Part shown: positions 41,835 to 53,954 of the stretch, in pieces | Position numbering within the stretch: position 1 is the first letter of the stretch | Layout: every line of letters starts with the position of its first letter | Assembly (NCBI GenBank): GCA_020137815.1 | Contig: CM035355.1 | Location: forward strand, 3,286,001 to 3,350,000 | Direction of reading: 5' to 3' | Source of the DNA: Hormiphora californensis | Lineage: Eukaryota; Animalia; Ctenophora | Length of the DNA stretch: 64,000 nt | The notes under the pieces: model-generated | Told to the model about the DNA's origin: nothing | Seen by the model: only the letters and a program-made list of their open reading frames with translations | Databases searched by the model: none | Position numbers and translations under genes: made by a program

Positions 41835-43575
41835 TCACTCCAGTGTATTCTTGACACTCTCACAAATATCACTAAAAGTGTCCTTGTCTAGTGCGGCGAG
41901 GGCCAGTATATCCCATACTTCCTGACTGGTAAGGGTATCATACGCTGTCCTATCGTGTAGTAGAATGTGGCCACTCAACTCACATACCGCAGGCCTAAAC
42001 GGGGCTCCCTCCGGTAGTGACAACTGGAAGAAGTTGTGAGTAGCTGGACAAAGGGTGGTAACCATGGGGATTAGGGACACATAGGGTGGTAACCAATAAC
42101 CATGGGGACTCAAAGATGGCAACTATGGGCTAGACGAAATAATAAATATGTAAACACACATTTGATACATGTGTGTAACTACATCACATGCTAACAAACA
42201 ACACAAACCCCTCAATTTACCTCATCTGAGGGCTGTACCGGCCACAATGCCACCCTTATAACGGGTCTGGGAGTCGCATCACCATTGGAACAGGACAGAG
42301 GATCACCGTATGTTATCATTAGATTATGAGGGATATCTCGATCTTGTAGAATCCCAACAGATTTCATTACACTCTAGAGAGGGTGAGATCTTGATCAATA
42401 AGATATTATGATACTTGATCTGTGAAGAGAACTGGTGAAAGTGCTCGACAGCTTGAACAAATCGTTTCGATTAGTACATTTAGATGAGGATTACAAGATC
42501 TGCGGGTGAGATCTTGACAAATAGGGTTTACAAGATATGTAACATACCTCAACAAGTATCTCACTGGACTCCTGCAACTCAAACACAAACCCAGGAACGG
42601 GGTACTCTGAGGTAAGAATGAAGCAGCATCCACTAAGATGTGTCACAGTCGCACTTTCAATAGGCAAAGCCTCCTCTATTCTAGGGGGGGAGTCAGTGTT
42701 ATAACTTTGAATTACTAGTGTCAAACCTCCTCAGGGAAAATATATCGAGGTGTATAATTGAGGTAAATAGAGGTTTTATTTCACATAAAAATGCTAAGTT
42801 TTGGGAAATTTGTTCGTCTGGTAGATCGAGGTAGTAAAAACGATCAGTAACTCACTGATATGCGTGGAGGTGAAGGTGGTTAATTGAAGCAAAAGCCCGT
42901 AAACTGTTGAACACAATCCGTGTATTCGGATCTTTTTTAGATACCAGGTAAGAAAGTCCCATCTCAACAGCCAAAGTAGTTAGTTTCTGAAAGACATAAT
43001 TTTAATACTCTCCAAGATAACAATAATCTCCGCCACTTTTAAAGTTGTGGAGATTATTAATTATTCTTACTAAATTAGTACCAACCAAAGCTGTAGTAGT
43101 AGTGTGTCACTGACAAAAGCAAGAAGCTATTTACCTGACTATGGTTCTCCCCAACTTCAGGTAGAATTAATAAGTGGTATTCCGAGAGTGGACTGTCATT
43201 AACAGCCAGTATTGAGTTCGAACTATCCATTGTCACATTAACACACTCAGTATCCTTGTTCAGAGCTACCCCGCACAACACTTCAGTTGATTTTATTTTG
43301 TTGAAGTTGAATAAATCTTCGTCAAAAGGTTGGCTGATTGATTTGATTGGATGAGGTTTTCTTTTGTTACTGAATCTATTCGCGTTATAATCCAAACAGA
43401 ACTGTTCCCTTCCAGGTAATATCCGAGTACATGGCTCCGAGATTTTGTATCGCAGAGCATCTTTGTCCCGTGCTTCCTCCCAGAAACCATCCACCAAACC
43501 TCCTAAGACTGTCCCTCCAATAGATACTGACTCGGCTGTTAGTCGCTGTGGTAGAATTAAACACGCTTTCTTCAT
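41835..43575 (-). CDS. GDPGP1: GDP-D-glucose phosphorylase 1 (VTC2/C15orf58 family HIT protein), 5 exons
   Basis: Exons ~43135-43575 (QPFDEDLFNFNKIK..AVNDSPLSEYHLLILP), ~42855-42987 (RIVFNSLRAFASINHLHLHAY, HxHxH motif), ~42547-42681, ~42221-42374 (DIPHNLMIT), 41835-~42024 (AVCELSGH..*); splice phases are compatible. Confidence 0.9.
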
Positions 43576-43720
43576 GGTTCGAGTAGCTAAAATAAACACA
43601 TTTCAAATGACGACTTTTCCGTTTCCCATACTATTATTATTATTAAATCTATATAATTTACACAATTTAATTGTATAAATAAGCCCCTTTTTGTGGGCAA
43701 ATACGGGTTACCGATAGATA

Positions 43721-44516
43721 TTAAAGTTCATTGAAGATACCTGCGAAGGACATATCCCTTGCAAGATATACACTGCAGTACGATTCTAACTGTTTTAGCT
43801 GCTTTGCCTTCTGGAGAAGGCTCAGCAGCATTTCCCTACTCTGTAGCTTCACAATCACTGGTCTCTCCCTTCCTCCCCGTTTCAAACCCACCCTTCTAGC
43901 TTCTATGGTCGGTTTCTCGCCTAGCTCAGCTAAAACATTTTCCACTTCACCCTTTAACACAGATTCAGTTTCATCCTCACATTCTGGTAGACCAAACACC
44001 ATCAGATTTTTCGATCTGTCTGGGCCGGTATCTACTGGCTTGTGCGTAACCTTTTCCACGGCTTTCTGGATCTTTTTCGATGCAAACGCAGTCTTACAAT
44101 TCTGTGTGACGACTGCAGAGAAAGTACGCAAATCTTTCTGTACCGTCTCGGTAACTCGATGCAGTTGCTCTCCCTGAAGCTCAATAACCTGCTCTTGTAA
44201 CTTGACAGTTCTTCTCAAAAGATCATCACACTCCACTTTCAACTTCTCCTCCTGCTCCCGCAACTCGAGAGATTTTCTCAACAGTTCATCTCGCTCCTCT
44301 TTGAGTACCATCTCAGGGGATTTCTCGGCAAAGATAATAGATATGACGCTCAAAGTGTTTTAGAACAATAAAGGTTGCGAAGCTCATTTCTTCAATCAGT
44401 TGCTGTAGCTCAAATTTCGTGTGTACAGAGCTGATTTTAACTGATGACGGTATTTCAGCATCGTTGAAATCTGGACTGCTCCGTTTCCCATAACAAGTTA
44501 CAAAATGATATCTCAA
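43721..44516 (-). pseudogene. Second, decayed LINE ORF1 paralog
   Basis: DRSKNLMVFGLPE..RRVG..RPVIVKL..VYLARD, C-terminally truncated; the frameshifted upstream ORF 44313-44516 (YGKRSSPDFNDAEIPSSVKI) resembles YGTGPPPRSTWDDLEVPSASKL of the neighbour. Confidence 0.75.
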
Positions 44517-44726
44517 AATTCGTGATATCGCTACAGGCCCCTCAGACGATGGGGTACGTTATACGTAAGGGGTGAGGGGTCTTGACCTTTCGGCGCAGTT
44601 TGGGATAAGGCAGCGCTTTTAAAAGTTCTTGTTAAGATCCCCAACTTCTTTGACATTCTATTTTTCGCTAAGTTTAATTCTGCGATATCTCGGTTTCCTG
44701 ATCAGACTTCATTTCGAATAAGGAAC

Positions 44727-45861
44727 CTTGAAACTTGAAACTTGAAACTTGAAAAATAATTGAGGCTATCAAACAAATGACCACCTTTCAACTCAACTGT
44801 CCTTTCCTCGCTCATCACTTCTAAACTCAACAAATTTAATTTCAATTCTCAGTGGTCCCTGGTGCTTCCACCACCTCCTTCCCTCGAATGAAGTAATGTT
44901 TTCCAGGAGACCTTTGCACCATTTTCTTCAGTCGATCAACAAGCTGTCTTCTCTCATTTCGTTCCTCCAAAGTCCTGTCAGGCGAAATGAAGACCTTATC
45001 GAACTTGCCGGTCCTTTTTAGTCGGGATTTTTTCGACAGGATCGACATCTGAGCGTCTCTGCTCTTCAGTACGACTTTCACTGGCCTGACAGTTAAAGAC
45101 TGCCTTCCCAAGCGCTCCACTGATTTCACGTTCTGAGTCTCTCCTAGCTCAACAAGAAGAGACTCTACTTGAGTTTCAAGCTCCACACTACTATTTATTG
45201 ACTCTTCCAGGCCATGGATGATGATGTTACACCCACGGTCCTCAGAGGCTGCCACAATCGCTGATTGAATTTTCTTTGGCGCCAGCGCCGAGGCACATTC
45301 TTCCTTCAAAACGGAGGAGAAGCTCTTCAGTTCTTGCTGTGCCGTTGACTGCACAGCTGTAATCTCAACCTCCCTCTTTTCAAGCAACTGCCTCTGGATA
45401 TTGAGTAGTTCCTCTTGCGCCGCTACTAGGTCTCGTTGAGCTTTAATTAACTCCTTTCCATGTTGTCTGAGCTCCTTTTCGCACTCTCTCACCATCATAC
45501 TTTCAGAACCCTTGTCACGCAACTTTTCAATTAGTGGAAATGTCTGTTCAAGAAAAATACCACATGCCCTCTTAGTAAAATCTAAAAGCTTCTTCTTCGA
45601 CAGCGTATTAAGCTTGCTCGCAGACGGAACCTCTAAATCATCCCAGGTAGACCTTGGTGGAGGACCAGTTCCATATCTCACTGCCTCTGGGTTACTGTAT
45701 CCAAACCCTGAACAATCCGACAACAAGTCTTTTACCCAATATACTGTATCACTTTGGCAGTCGTTAACATTCCTCCTATCAATATCAGTAGCCGGTTTCC
45801 CAGGATGAGCTACCAGGTAAATCCGAGGAGTTGCTTCTTCTTCATTATCCGTATTTACCAT
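44727..45861 (-). mobile_element. Solo CR1/L2-type ORF1 (339 aa, ORF 44842-45861) with short 3' UTR and (TTTCAAG)n tail
   Basis: Coiled coil, then DRGCNIIIHGLEE..RLG..RPVKVVL..KVFISPDRTLEER, typical of ORF1p; cttgaaa x4 at ~44727-44755; no ORF2 downstream. Confidence 0.8.
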
Positions 45862-45947
45862 TTTCTTTCTGCCCCTCGTGGGCTGTTACATCAGCTTTAT
45901 CCTAAAACTCAAATTAATTTGTTTAAAGTAGTGTTGAAAAGTTTGAA

Positions 45948-46320
45948 ACCATAATAAATTTCAAGAGCCTCTAAGAGCGCACCACAATCAAGAGAGACCA
46001 AAATCAAGAGCACACCACAATCAAGAGAGTCCAAAATCAAGAGCACACCACAATCAAGAGAGACCAAATCAAAAGCGCACCACAATCAAGAGAGCCCAAA
46101 TTCAAGAGTGCACCACATCTGGTATCTTCTGGATAGGGAGCTCTCTTGGATGAGGTGCGCTCTTGATTTGGTCTCTCTTGATTGTGGTGCGCTCTTGATT
46201 TGGTCTCTCTTGATTGTGGTGCGCTCTTGATTTTGGTCTCTCTTGATTGTGGTGCGCTCTTGATTTTGGTCTCTCTTGGATGAGGTGCGCTCTTGGAGGC
46301 TCTTGAACTTTATTATGGTT
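45948..46320. mobile_element. Palindromic MITE built from ~30-bp tandem subrepeats
   Basis: aaccataataaa.ttcaagagcctc is mirrored at the right end; caagagcgcaccacaatcaagagagacc units occur in both arms. Confidence 0.85.
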
Positions 46321-46971
46321 CCTTATGAATTGGAAAGGTCTAATTTTTCTACCAATGCACTATGGAGTCGTATCTTATCAGGAACGGGGACGGGGGAGAT
46401 ATCATTAAAAACGTAAAAATGAGGGTTGGCAAACGTTGCTGGCCCCCGCAGCGCGGGATAAGGCATTGGCAAACGCTGCTGGCCACGCAGCGAGGGATAA
46501 GGCAGCGCTTTTCAAATTATTTTTTAAAGCGCTTTTCAAGATAATGCAGCGCTTTTCAAAAAGGAGGGTGCAGGTGAACAGATTTTAAAGTGCGTTTCAA
46601 ACGACTTGACCTGAGATTCCTGGAAATTCAGGATTTCCCCTTTGTAAATACACACGCAATGCGCCAAATTCCAAGAATTACGGGTCAAGTCGCTTGAAAC
46701 GGACTTTTGAAAATCGATTTCGCGGCCAAAGCAAAGTTCACGTGCGCGCGCGTAAAAAGTTCCTTGAAAAAAGTGTTGCACACTTGACTGAACTGAACGC
46801 CGCGGCTAAAAAGTTGCAGAAAACGCTGCAAAAGAGAGCCGCGCAGTCTTCACATTTGCATCTGTGAAGGGCGAAATTTTCAACTCGGACATTTAAAACT
46901 CCAGTGTTGGTTTCTTGTCAGTTTATCCGATTTTTACCACCATATTCATTCAACGAGTCACATTAATCATT

Positions 46972-47347
46972 ATGGGTGAGTAAAATGACCTTGCTGTAAA
47001 ACATACGCTAAAGAATACAATAATTCAACAAATAACAGGTTGCCTGGTTTACTAAATTCCTTTCAGTTGTTGTTCTTGGAGCTAGTGCGGCCGGGATCGC
47101 AGGTGGTGCAACTGCTGTGGCAACTGGAGTTGCTGCTTCGGCGCCCTGGTTTGCCGGATTCACGTCTGCTGGGGTAGCCGCCGGTTCAGCTGCTGCGGCA
47201 GCTCAGGCGGCGATCGGAAATGTAGCAGCTGGTGGTGTTTTTGCAACGCTGCAGACCATTGGAGCCACTACAATCCTTGGAACCGTCGGTGGACCGATAT
47301 TGGGAGCTGTGGCTCTGGTTGGAGGTGTGGGAGGTTGCCTGTTGTAA
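46972..47347 (+). CDS. IFI6/IFI27 (ISG12)-like small Gly/Ala-rich membrane protein, ~94 aa
   Basis: ATGG at 46972-46975, intron gtgagt..ttcag (46976-47066), exon in frame with ORF 47117-47347; motif GFTSAGVAAGSAAAAAQAAIGNVAAGGVFATLQTIGA fits the ISG12 signature. Confidence 0.85.
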
Positions 47348-47532
47348 ATTGATTTGGACTTAACAATGTTCCTAGGATTTTTATGGAATTAAAGATAATA
47401 ATTTATTTGTATTTTTTTCAAATTTTCACTCACCGCTTCCAAATTTCAAATAATATCTGTTTGATTGATTCCAATTTGAGACCCCGAACCTTTAACAACT
47501 ACAAACTATAATTACAGCATGTGATGAACTGA

Positions 47533-50500
47533 ATGTCGGAGGAAGAGCGAGCTGCTAGAATAGAGCGGGCTAAACGTCAGTCCCAGCTCGCTAAACAGCT
47601 CGCCACATCTGCAAGTTGCACTGAGAATTTCCCCACTACACAGACCGGGGTGAGACAGCCCATTGCCAGTCATCATTATCAGTCAGGAGCAGGGCCGTCT
47701 GGTGCTATAATAAGTGATGAAACAAAACGGAAAATAGAGGAAAATAGGAGGAAAGCCTTAGAGAGATTACAGAAAAAGAGTCCCCTAAAGCTGACGAGTA
47801 ATTACAACTCAGGAGGGAATAATAGTCCACAATTGGATTCAGTAATAGCTCAACCCAAGGATACATTGAAACAATCGCAAATAGATCACTCCATCCAATC
47901 ACGTATAGAGGAGAATCGACGGCGAGCTTTGAAACTAAAAGAAGAACGCCGTGCCAAAGAGGAAGAAAGAGCACAAGATCAATGGGACCAGATGCTGGAT
48001 AGCCCGGTAGGAAGCCCAGTACGATCTTCAGATACATCATCACAACCTATCTACAATACTACACAACCTACCTACAATACTTCACAACCTGCCCCAAGCA
48101 TCACCACTACACAACCTGCCCCGAACATTACCACTACACAACCTGTCTCAAACATCACCACTACACAATCTATCCCTTCTCCTGCTCGACCCCGCCGGTT
48201 GTCGGATAATATAAGATACAACGGGCCAGTTCATGACGCGGTATGCAGGTTGTCTAGTAGAGAAGACATGTTTGTCGTGGATACCAAGTATCATGCCCAG
48301 TTAATACAAGTCCTCAAGGGTGTACCAGGGAGGTTTTATGATACTTCATCCACCAAGTGGCACCTGCCAATAAATGTACATGACCAGTTCTTGGAGAAAG
48401 CAAGGTCTCTCCGGCCACAGGTGGGTGTTCTATTATCGGTCGGATTGTAATTCGTAAACTCAGATGGGAGATAACTATTTCTATCTTGATATAATAACAT
48501 CATTGTCTTATCCACAGGTTCAAGTTCACCCTCTCCCAAAGTTTGTCGTTACATCACTTGGTCTCTTTCAATCAGAGGCTGCTGAGATTTCTGACTCTAA
48601 CACCCTCAAGGAGAAGCTGCTGTCCTTCCAGAAGACGGGTGTGGAGTTTGTGTTGTCGCTGGGTGGCCGGGCAATGGTCGCTGATGATATGGGCCTCGGT
48701 AAAACTATCCAGGTGAGAGAACTCAGTTTAGCGGTATATCTTTAATCCAGTTTATCTACTCCTTATTTGTTTATTGAATATCAGATAATAGTATGAACAG
48801 TTTAGTTACTATTCCCCCTGACATTTTCCTTACTTCCGCAGGCACTCTGTGCGATGGTAGAGTATAAGAGCGAGTGGCCCCTTTTGATAGTGTCACCCTC
48901 CTCCCTCCGTCTCACGTGGAAGGATGCCATTGAGACCTGGCTACCTGGGACCACTATAAACACCCTCATGAAAGGTATTGTCATAAACCGACCGAATCAG
49001 GAAATACTGGTCCCTGATTGGCTAATAACTAGTCACGTGACCTAAATAACGAGTTCTGATTGGTTGTTTACTTGTGCCAGTCGGTTCCTGGTTTAGTAAT
49101 AAAGGTTGCAGTTTACTAAAACATTGAAATCCTCAGGTAGTGACGAGTTGGATATGTCGTGTGATGTGACGATAGTAAGCTATGATATGTTACAAAAGTT
49201 TAGCATCGCTAAAAAATTCCACTGTGTCATTGCTGATGAGTCTCACTTTATCAAAAACCGTAAGTTTTGTTAAATTGTTCAACAACAAATGTTGCAACGG
49301 GGGGGGGGGGGGGGGGGTCGTTTTTTATGTACTTTTGTGTACTTTTCACTTCAATTTTGAAAGTGTAGTTGATATATAGTTGATATATATATGAGAAAAG
49401 GAGACTGTTATCACCATTGCAGCTTTATCTTTGTAAATTACATTATGTTATCTTTATAGAGCGTTACCCCTAACAACATCCTTTATGTTGCAGTTAAATC
49501 CCAGCGCACTAAATACTCAATGGCAATATTGAAGGCAGCCAAGAGGTGTATTCTACTTACCTGGTACTCCTGCCCTCAGCCGACCCGTAGAATTATACTC
49601 ACAACTACAGTGCATTAACCGTGAGTTTCACAGTCAAACCTTACCGTGCACCTCTATTACTGTGCACCTCGAATATACCGTGTACAAATGGAGGTGTTGC
49701 TTTGTATGCTACCTCCCCCATCCCCCTCACACCTCAATAAATCTCTACAATAGCTCTCCTTTTTAGGAAAGTTGGTACCAAGTTACCTGGAGTTTGGGAG
49801 GCGGTATTGCGATGGCAAACAGACCCCCTGGGGTATGGATTTCAAGGGTAATAGCAACCTAGAGGAACTCCAAGTTATATTAAACAGGTGTTTCATGATC
49901 AGAAGACTCAAAACAGAAGTGAGTTTTGCTTTAGTTTCATGATCAGAAGACTCAAAACAGAAGTGAGTTTTGCTTTAGTTTCATGATCAGAAGACTCAAA
50001 ACAGAAGTGAGTTTTGTTTTAGTTTTCCACTTGTATTGCTCGACCCTAGAATTGATAAGGGCTAGTTTGTCATACACTGACTGTACATCGCGCAACCTCC
50101 TCGCTACCCCCCTCCAAGGTCATGGGAGAACTCCCTGATAAGAGACGGAAAAAGATAGTCGTGGAGGTGAAAGTGAGCAAGGCGTTAAAGGGTGCCGGTG
50201 CTCGATCAGCAGACGCTCAAGATCAATCCAGTATGTTTCAGGTACGCACGGAAAACAAATGTAAAGGAGGGTTAGAACATAACAAAGTAATACTTGTTAT
50301 GAGGAGCACAGGAATTCTATTCTTGCTTCCCAGAGGCAAAAGTTAGGGCTATTAAAGAGGCACAGTAAATTAGCTAGGACACCACCTGAACGGAAGACCC
50401 TATACTTGTCTCTTGTGCGGTCCTTACTAGAACATTGCTCACAAATCTGGAGACCAACTAGTACAGCTGGGATTGAAAAGTTAGAAAAACTCCAGAAGCG

Positions 50501-51550
50501 AGCGATAAAATGGATACTAGATGAAGAAAATTCTAGCTACTCTGAGGTAGAATATTTTTCCAAGCTTGCCAACCTCAACATACCTCCTATTCGTAATAAA
50601 TTCGAGCTTAATGATTTAATGTTTCTGCACAAAATAATATATGGTACCTCCCCAATCGATCTCCCTCCTTATCTCTCGTTCTTTACCCCGTCTCAGATAG
50701 TAATAAACACTAGGGCCCAATCCAATATGGATTCACTCCACCTGATGACGTCCGAGGTTCCTAGAGTTAACATATTTGAAAATTCCTTCTTCTACCGTGC
50801 CCACAAGCTCTGGAACCTTCTTCCGCTTTCCCTGAGAGCTACTTCTGATCCCATAATTTTCTCTTCTCAATTAAAAAGACATCTTTGGGATAGTTCTGGG
50901 ACTGATCAGGGTGTCACTTAGGTAGTCACCAAATGGGTCTTCTTTTATAGTTCTCACTAGAAAGCCCATTGAAGTCCTACAACACCCCCACCCCCCACCC
51001 ACCCATATCTATGCCCCCCCCCCCCTCTCACATGTCGGGGTAAAGAATACGGAGGTTGGTAGAGTGGTAGAGCGCTGATGATAAACATCAATGGAAATCC
51101 CGCTGAATAACATGTAGAATCGGGTGATAAAGATCCGTAGAATTGTAGCTGTGTAGAGAATCAACGGGGTACGTAGGTAGAAAGGCTTTGGCAATCATGG
51201 GGGCCCCAGCAGTAGATCCCAAAACACCACAGGAACAGCACAGGAACACGCAACAAACAACCAACAACATGCACGTGCAGTATCCCCCTCCCATACCCCT
51301 CCCAAGCCACCCCCTTGGCAACCCCCCTCTATTTGCACGTGATGATACTACATCATACTCATCACGCCACGCATTTGTACTTTATAATAAGGATAATATC
51401 GAAAGTGTTTCACTTCAGCATTTAACTCGTGCTCTCTACTCCATTTTGGCGCGGTTTAACCGGTTTAACCGTTTTTATGTATTCTGTCAAGTATCTCTCC
51501 TATTGTTCCCATGTGTATCTCTCAGTCAGTTCATTTCTCTCTTTCTCTTT

Positions 51551-51623
<73 letters not shown>

Positions 51624-53127
51624 CCTATTGTCTAACTACTCTTTCAGTTCCTAACTGCTCTCTAATTATTGGCTTGTGTTGAACATGTGATCTCTCCACC
51701 ATTAGCCAATAGCGCTCTCGTGTCATTTACTCTCTCTTGGTCTTGGAAATATTCCAATCATAGCCGAAGCACCATCATAACATTATTACTCATGTTGATC
51801 ATTATCATCATGCGGCTGCTCATGCTCAAATCTAAATAAAATTAATATCTATTTAATAACTATGATAATACTATAAATATCATATTTTCATATATTCTAT
51901 AAATTGATTTAATATCTCTCTTGATAGGTGTAAGCGCTGTCTACAGCCCTCCGCTATCTGGCTCTATTGTACAGGGAAATTTATCTTTATATCTATATTA
52001 TGTGTGTCTATATCTACGCGTGTTTGTGTCCCTGTATTGTAGACCTTTTAGTTTGAAAATCATTTGTTTAAAACCCCATTTTACAGTACAGTTATAATAT
52101 CAACCAAATTACAACCCTATTATATCTCTGTTCTCTCCCTGTTCTCTATCTCTGTTCTCTCTCTGTTCTCTCTCTGTTCTCTCTCGTTGACTAACAACCA
52201 CCCTCAGTACTTCTGTCTGACTGGTGAGGCCAAGATACCCGCTGTGTTGAAGTACGTCTCGGAACTGCTGGAGGCGGAAAAGAAGTTTCTCGTGTTTGCT
52301 CATCATCGGTCCGTAATGGCTGCTGTCAGGGAACAACTGGCAAAGGATAAAGTGGGGCACATTGTCATCGATGGGAATACTCCTGGGGAACACAGGTGCG
52401 TGGGAAGATAATATATTGTCAGGTTTCTGTTATATTTCTGTTTCTGTTATATTTCTGTTATATTTCTGTTTCTGTTATGTCCTGGTAATATATTGCGAAA
52501 CTAACCCTGTAATATAAAATCTTGCCTTGCTCGACCCATTCTCTACAAGTATATAACTCCCCTCTCTCTCTCCAGACAAAGACTGGTTGAGAAGTTTCAG
52601 CGTGATAAGAGTTGTCTTGTGGCAGTGTTGAGTATCATGGCTGCAAACAGTGGGTTCACGCTTACAGCAGCTGATACGGTGGTCTTTGCTGAGCTATTCT
52701 ACAACCCGGGGGTAAGGAATCGAGTAATAAAAACAGGAACTTCTGTTTTATTTCCTCCATTGTCATACTGTATGACTGTATTGTAGGCCCGGTTCGGAGG
52801 GGGTAGTATTTTGTCATACAATATTCCTTCAGTAATTTCACTAAAATATTTCAGATCCTGTTCCAAGCGGAGGATCGTGTTCACAGGATAGGGCAGCGGA
52901 GGCCTGTTGTGATCCACTACCTAGTTGCTCGACAGACGTGTGACGACACCATGTGGCCCATGATCCAGAAGAAGATCGATGTGCTGGGCACGATGGGGGT
53001 GGGGAGTGGACAACTAAACGCTCAAAATGAGAGTTTTAAGTCACGGGAGGAGGAGGAGGAGGGGAGACAGAGAGGAATTACTGAATTTTTTGGTGGACCA
53101 AGTTCGAAACGACAAAAATTAGCTTGA
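47533..53127 (+). CDS. SMARCAL1: SNF2-family annealing helicase SMARCAL1/HARP, ~10 exons
   Basis: Exons 47533-48420 (KIEENRRKAL motif; HARP-like domain), 48518-48712 (VADDMGLGKTIQ), 48842-48974, 49137-49259 (DESH), 49494-49621 (LLT-GTPALSRP, +1 frameshift at ~49560), ~49767-49918 (FMIRRLK), ~50119-50241, ~52208-52395 (KFLVFAHH), ~52576-52711, ~52855-53127 (QAEDRVHRIGQ). Confidence 0.93.
50340..50921 (+). mobile_element. CR1-like LINE ORF2 C-terminal fragment inside a SMARCAL1 intron
   Basis: LYLSLVRSLLEHCSQIWRP..IEKLEKLQKRAIKWIL..SFFYRAHKLWNLLP, typical post-RT region. Confidence 0.85.
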
Positions 53128-53954
53128 GAGGGGACTGTTCAAATAGTTGGTAACGAATTTACCCCTCTACCAGTAGGGCATTGCGGATAGGGGATTGGGG
53201 TAGGACTTAAGGAAACGACGAGGTGTTAGGTGTATAGGGCATTGCGATAGTAAGGCACGTTTCAGTATGCACTGTGCCCGCAAGGTAGGGGTAAATGCGT
53301 TACCAATGCAAATAGAAATATTTTTGGGGATGACCCGGATTCCTGAGCTGTTGTTGCTATTTTCAATTGACTACTCCCATTCATTCGAAGAGTGTATTCT
53401 GAGATAGTTCTAAACGATATGAATAATATTTGTTAAATATCCCTGTAGGGTAAACCGTGGCAATTCGAACAACCGGGGCAATTCGAACAATGTACTGCCC
53501 GTCTCTCACCTAGTTAAGCTATCATAATGACGTCATCCTATCTCCAGAAGAAAACTGCTCGTTCGAGCCTGCCCGTTACCACTAAATAGGCTCTAGATCC
53601 GGTTTAAGTTGGTCAATTTCCGATTTGAAAAAACCAGCTGAAAGCTAATAATATCAGCTTTCAGATGGTATAAAAATTATTTAAATATTCGCATGTTTTC
53701 ATTCCAAATTCTGGTAAATTAAGATTACCGGGGCAATTCGAACAACCGGGGCAATTCGAACCGGGGCAATTTGGTTAACACCCGGGCCAATGATGTGCAG
53801 TTCTTTGTACCACGTGATCACGCGTGATACTGGGGCAATTCGAACAAGAACGACCAGCGTGTAGATTGCGTGTAGATTACATTGTTCGAATTGCCCCCAC
53901 CTCTAACAACACCAGGCGGGAATCTTCTTCTGGTGTTGTGAGGACGTTCACGTA

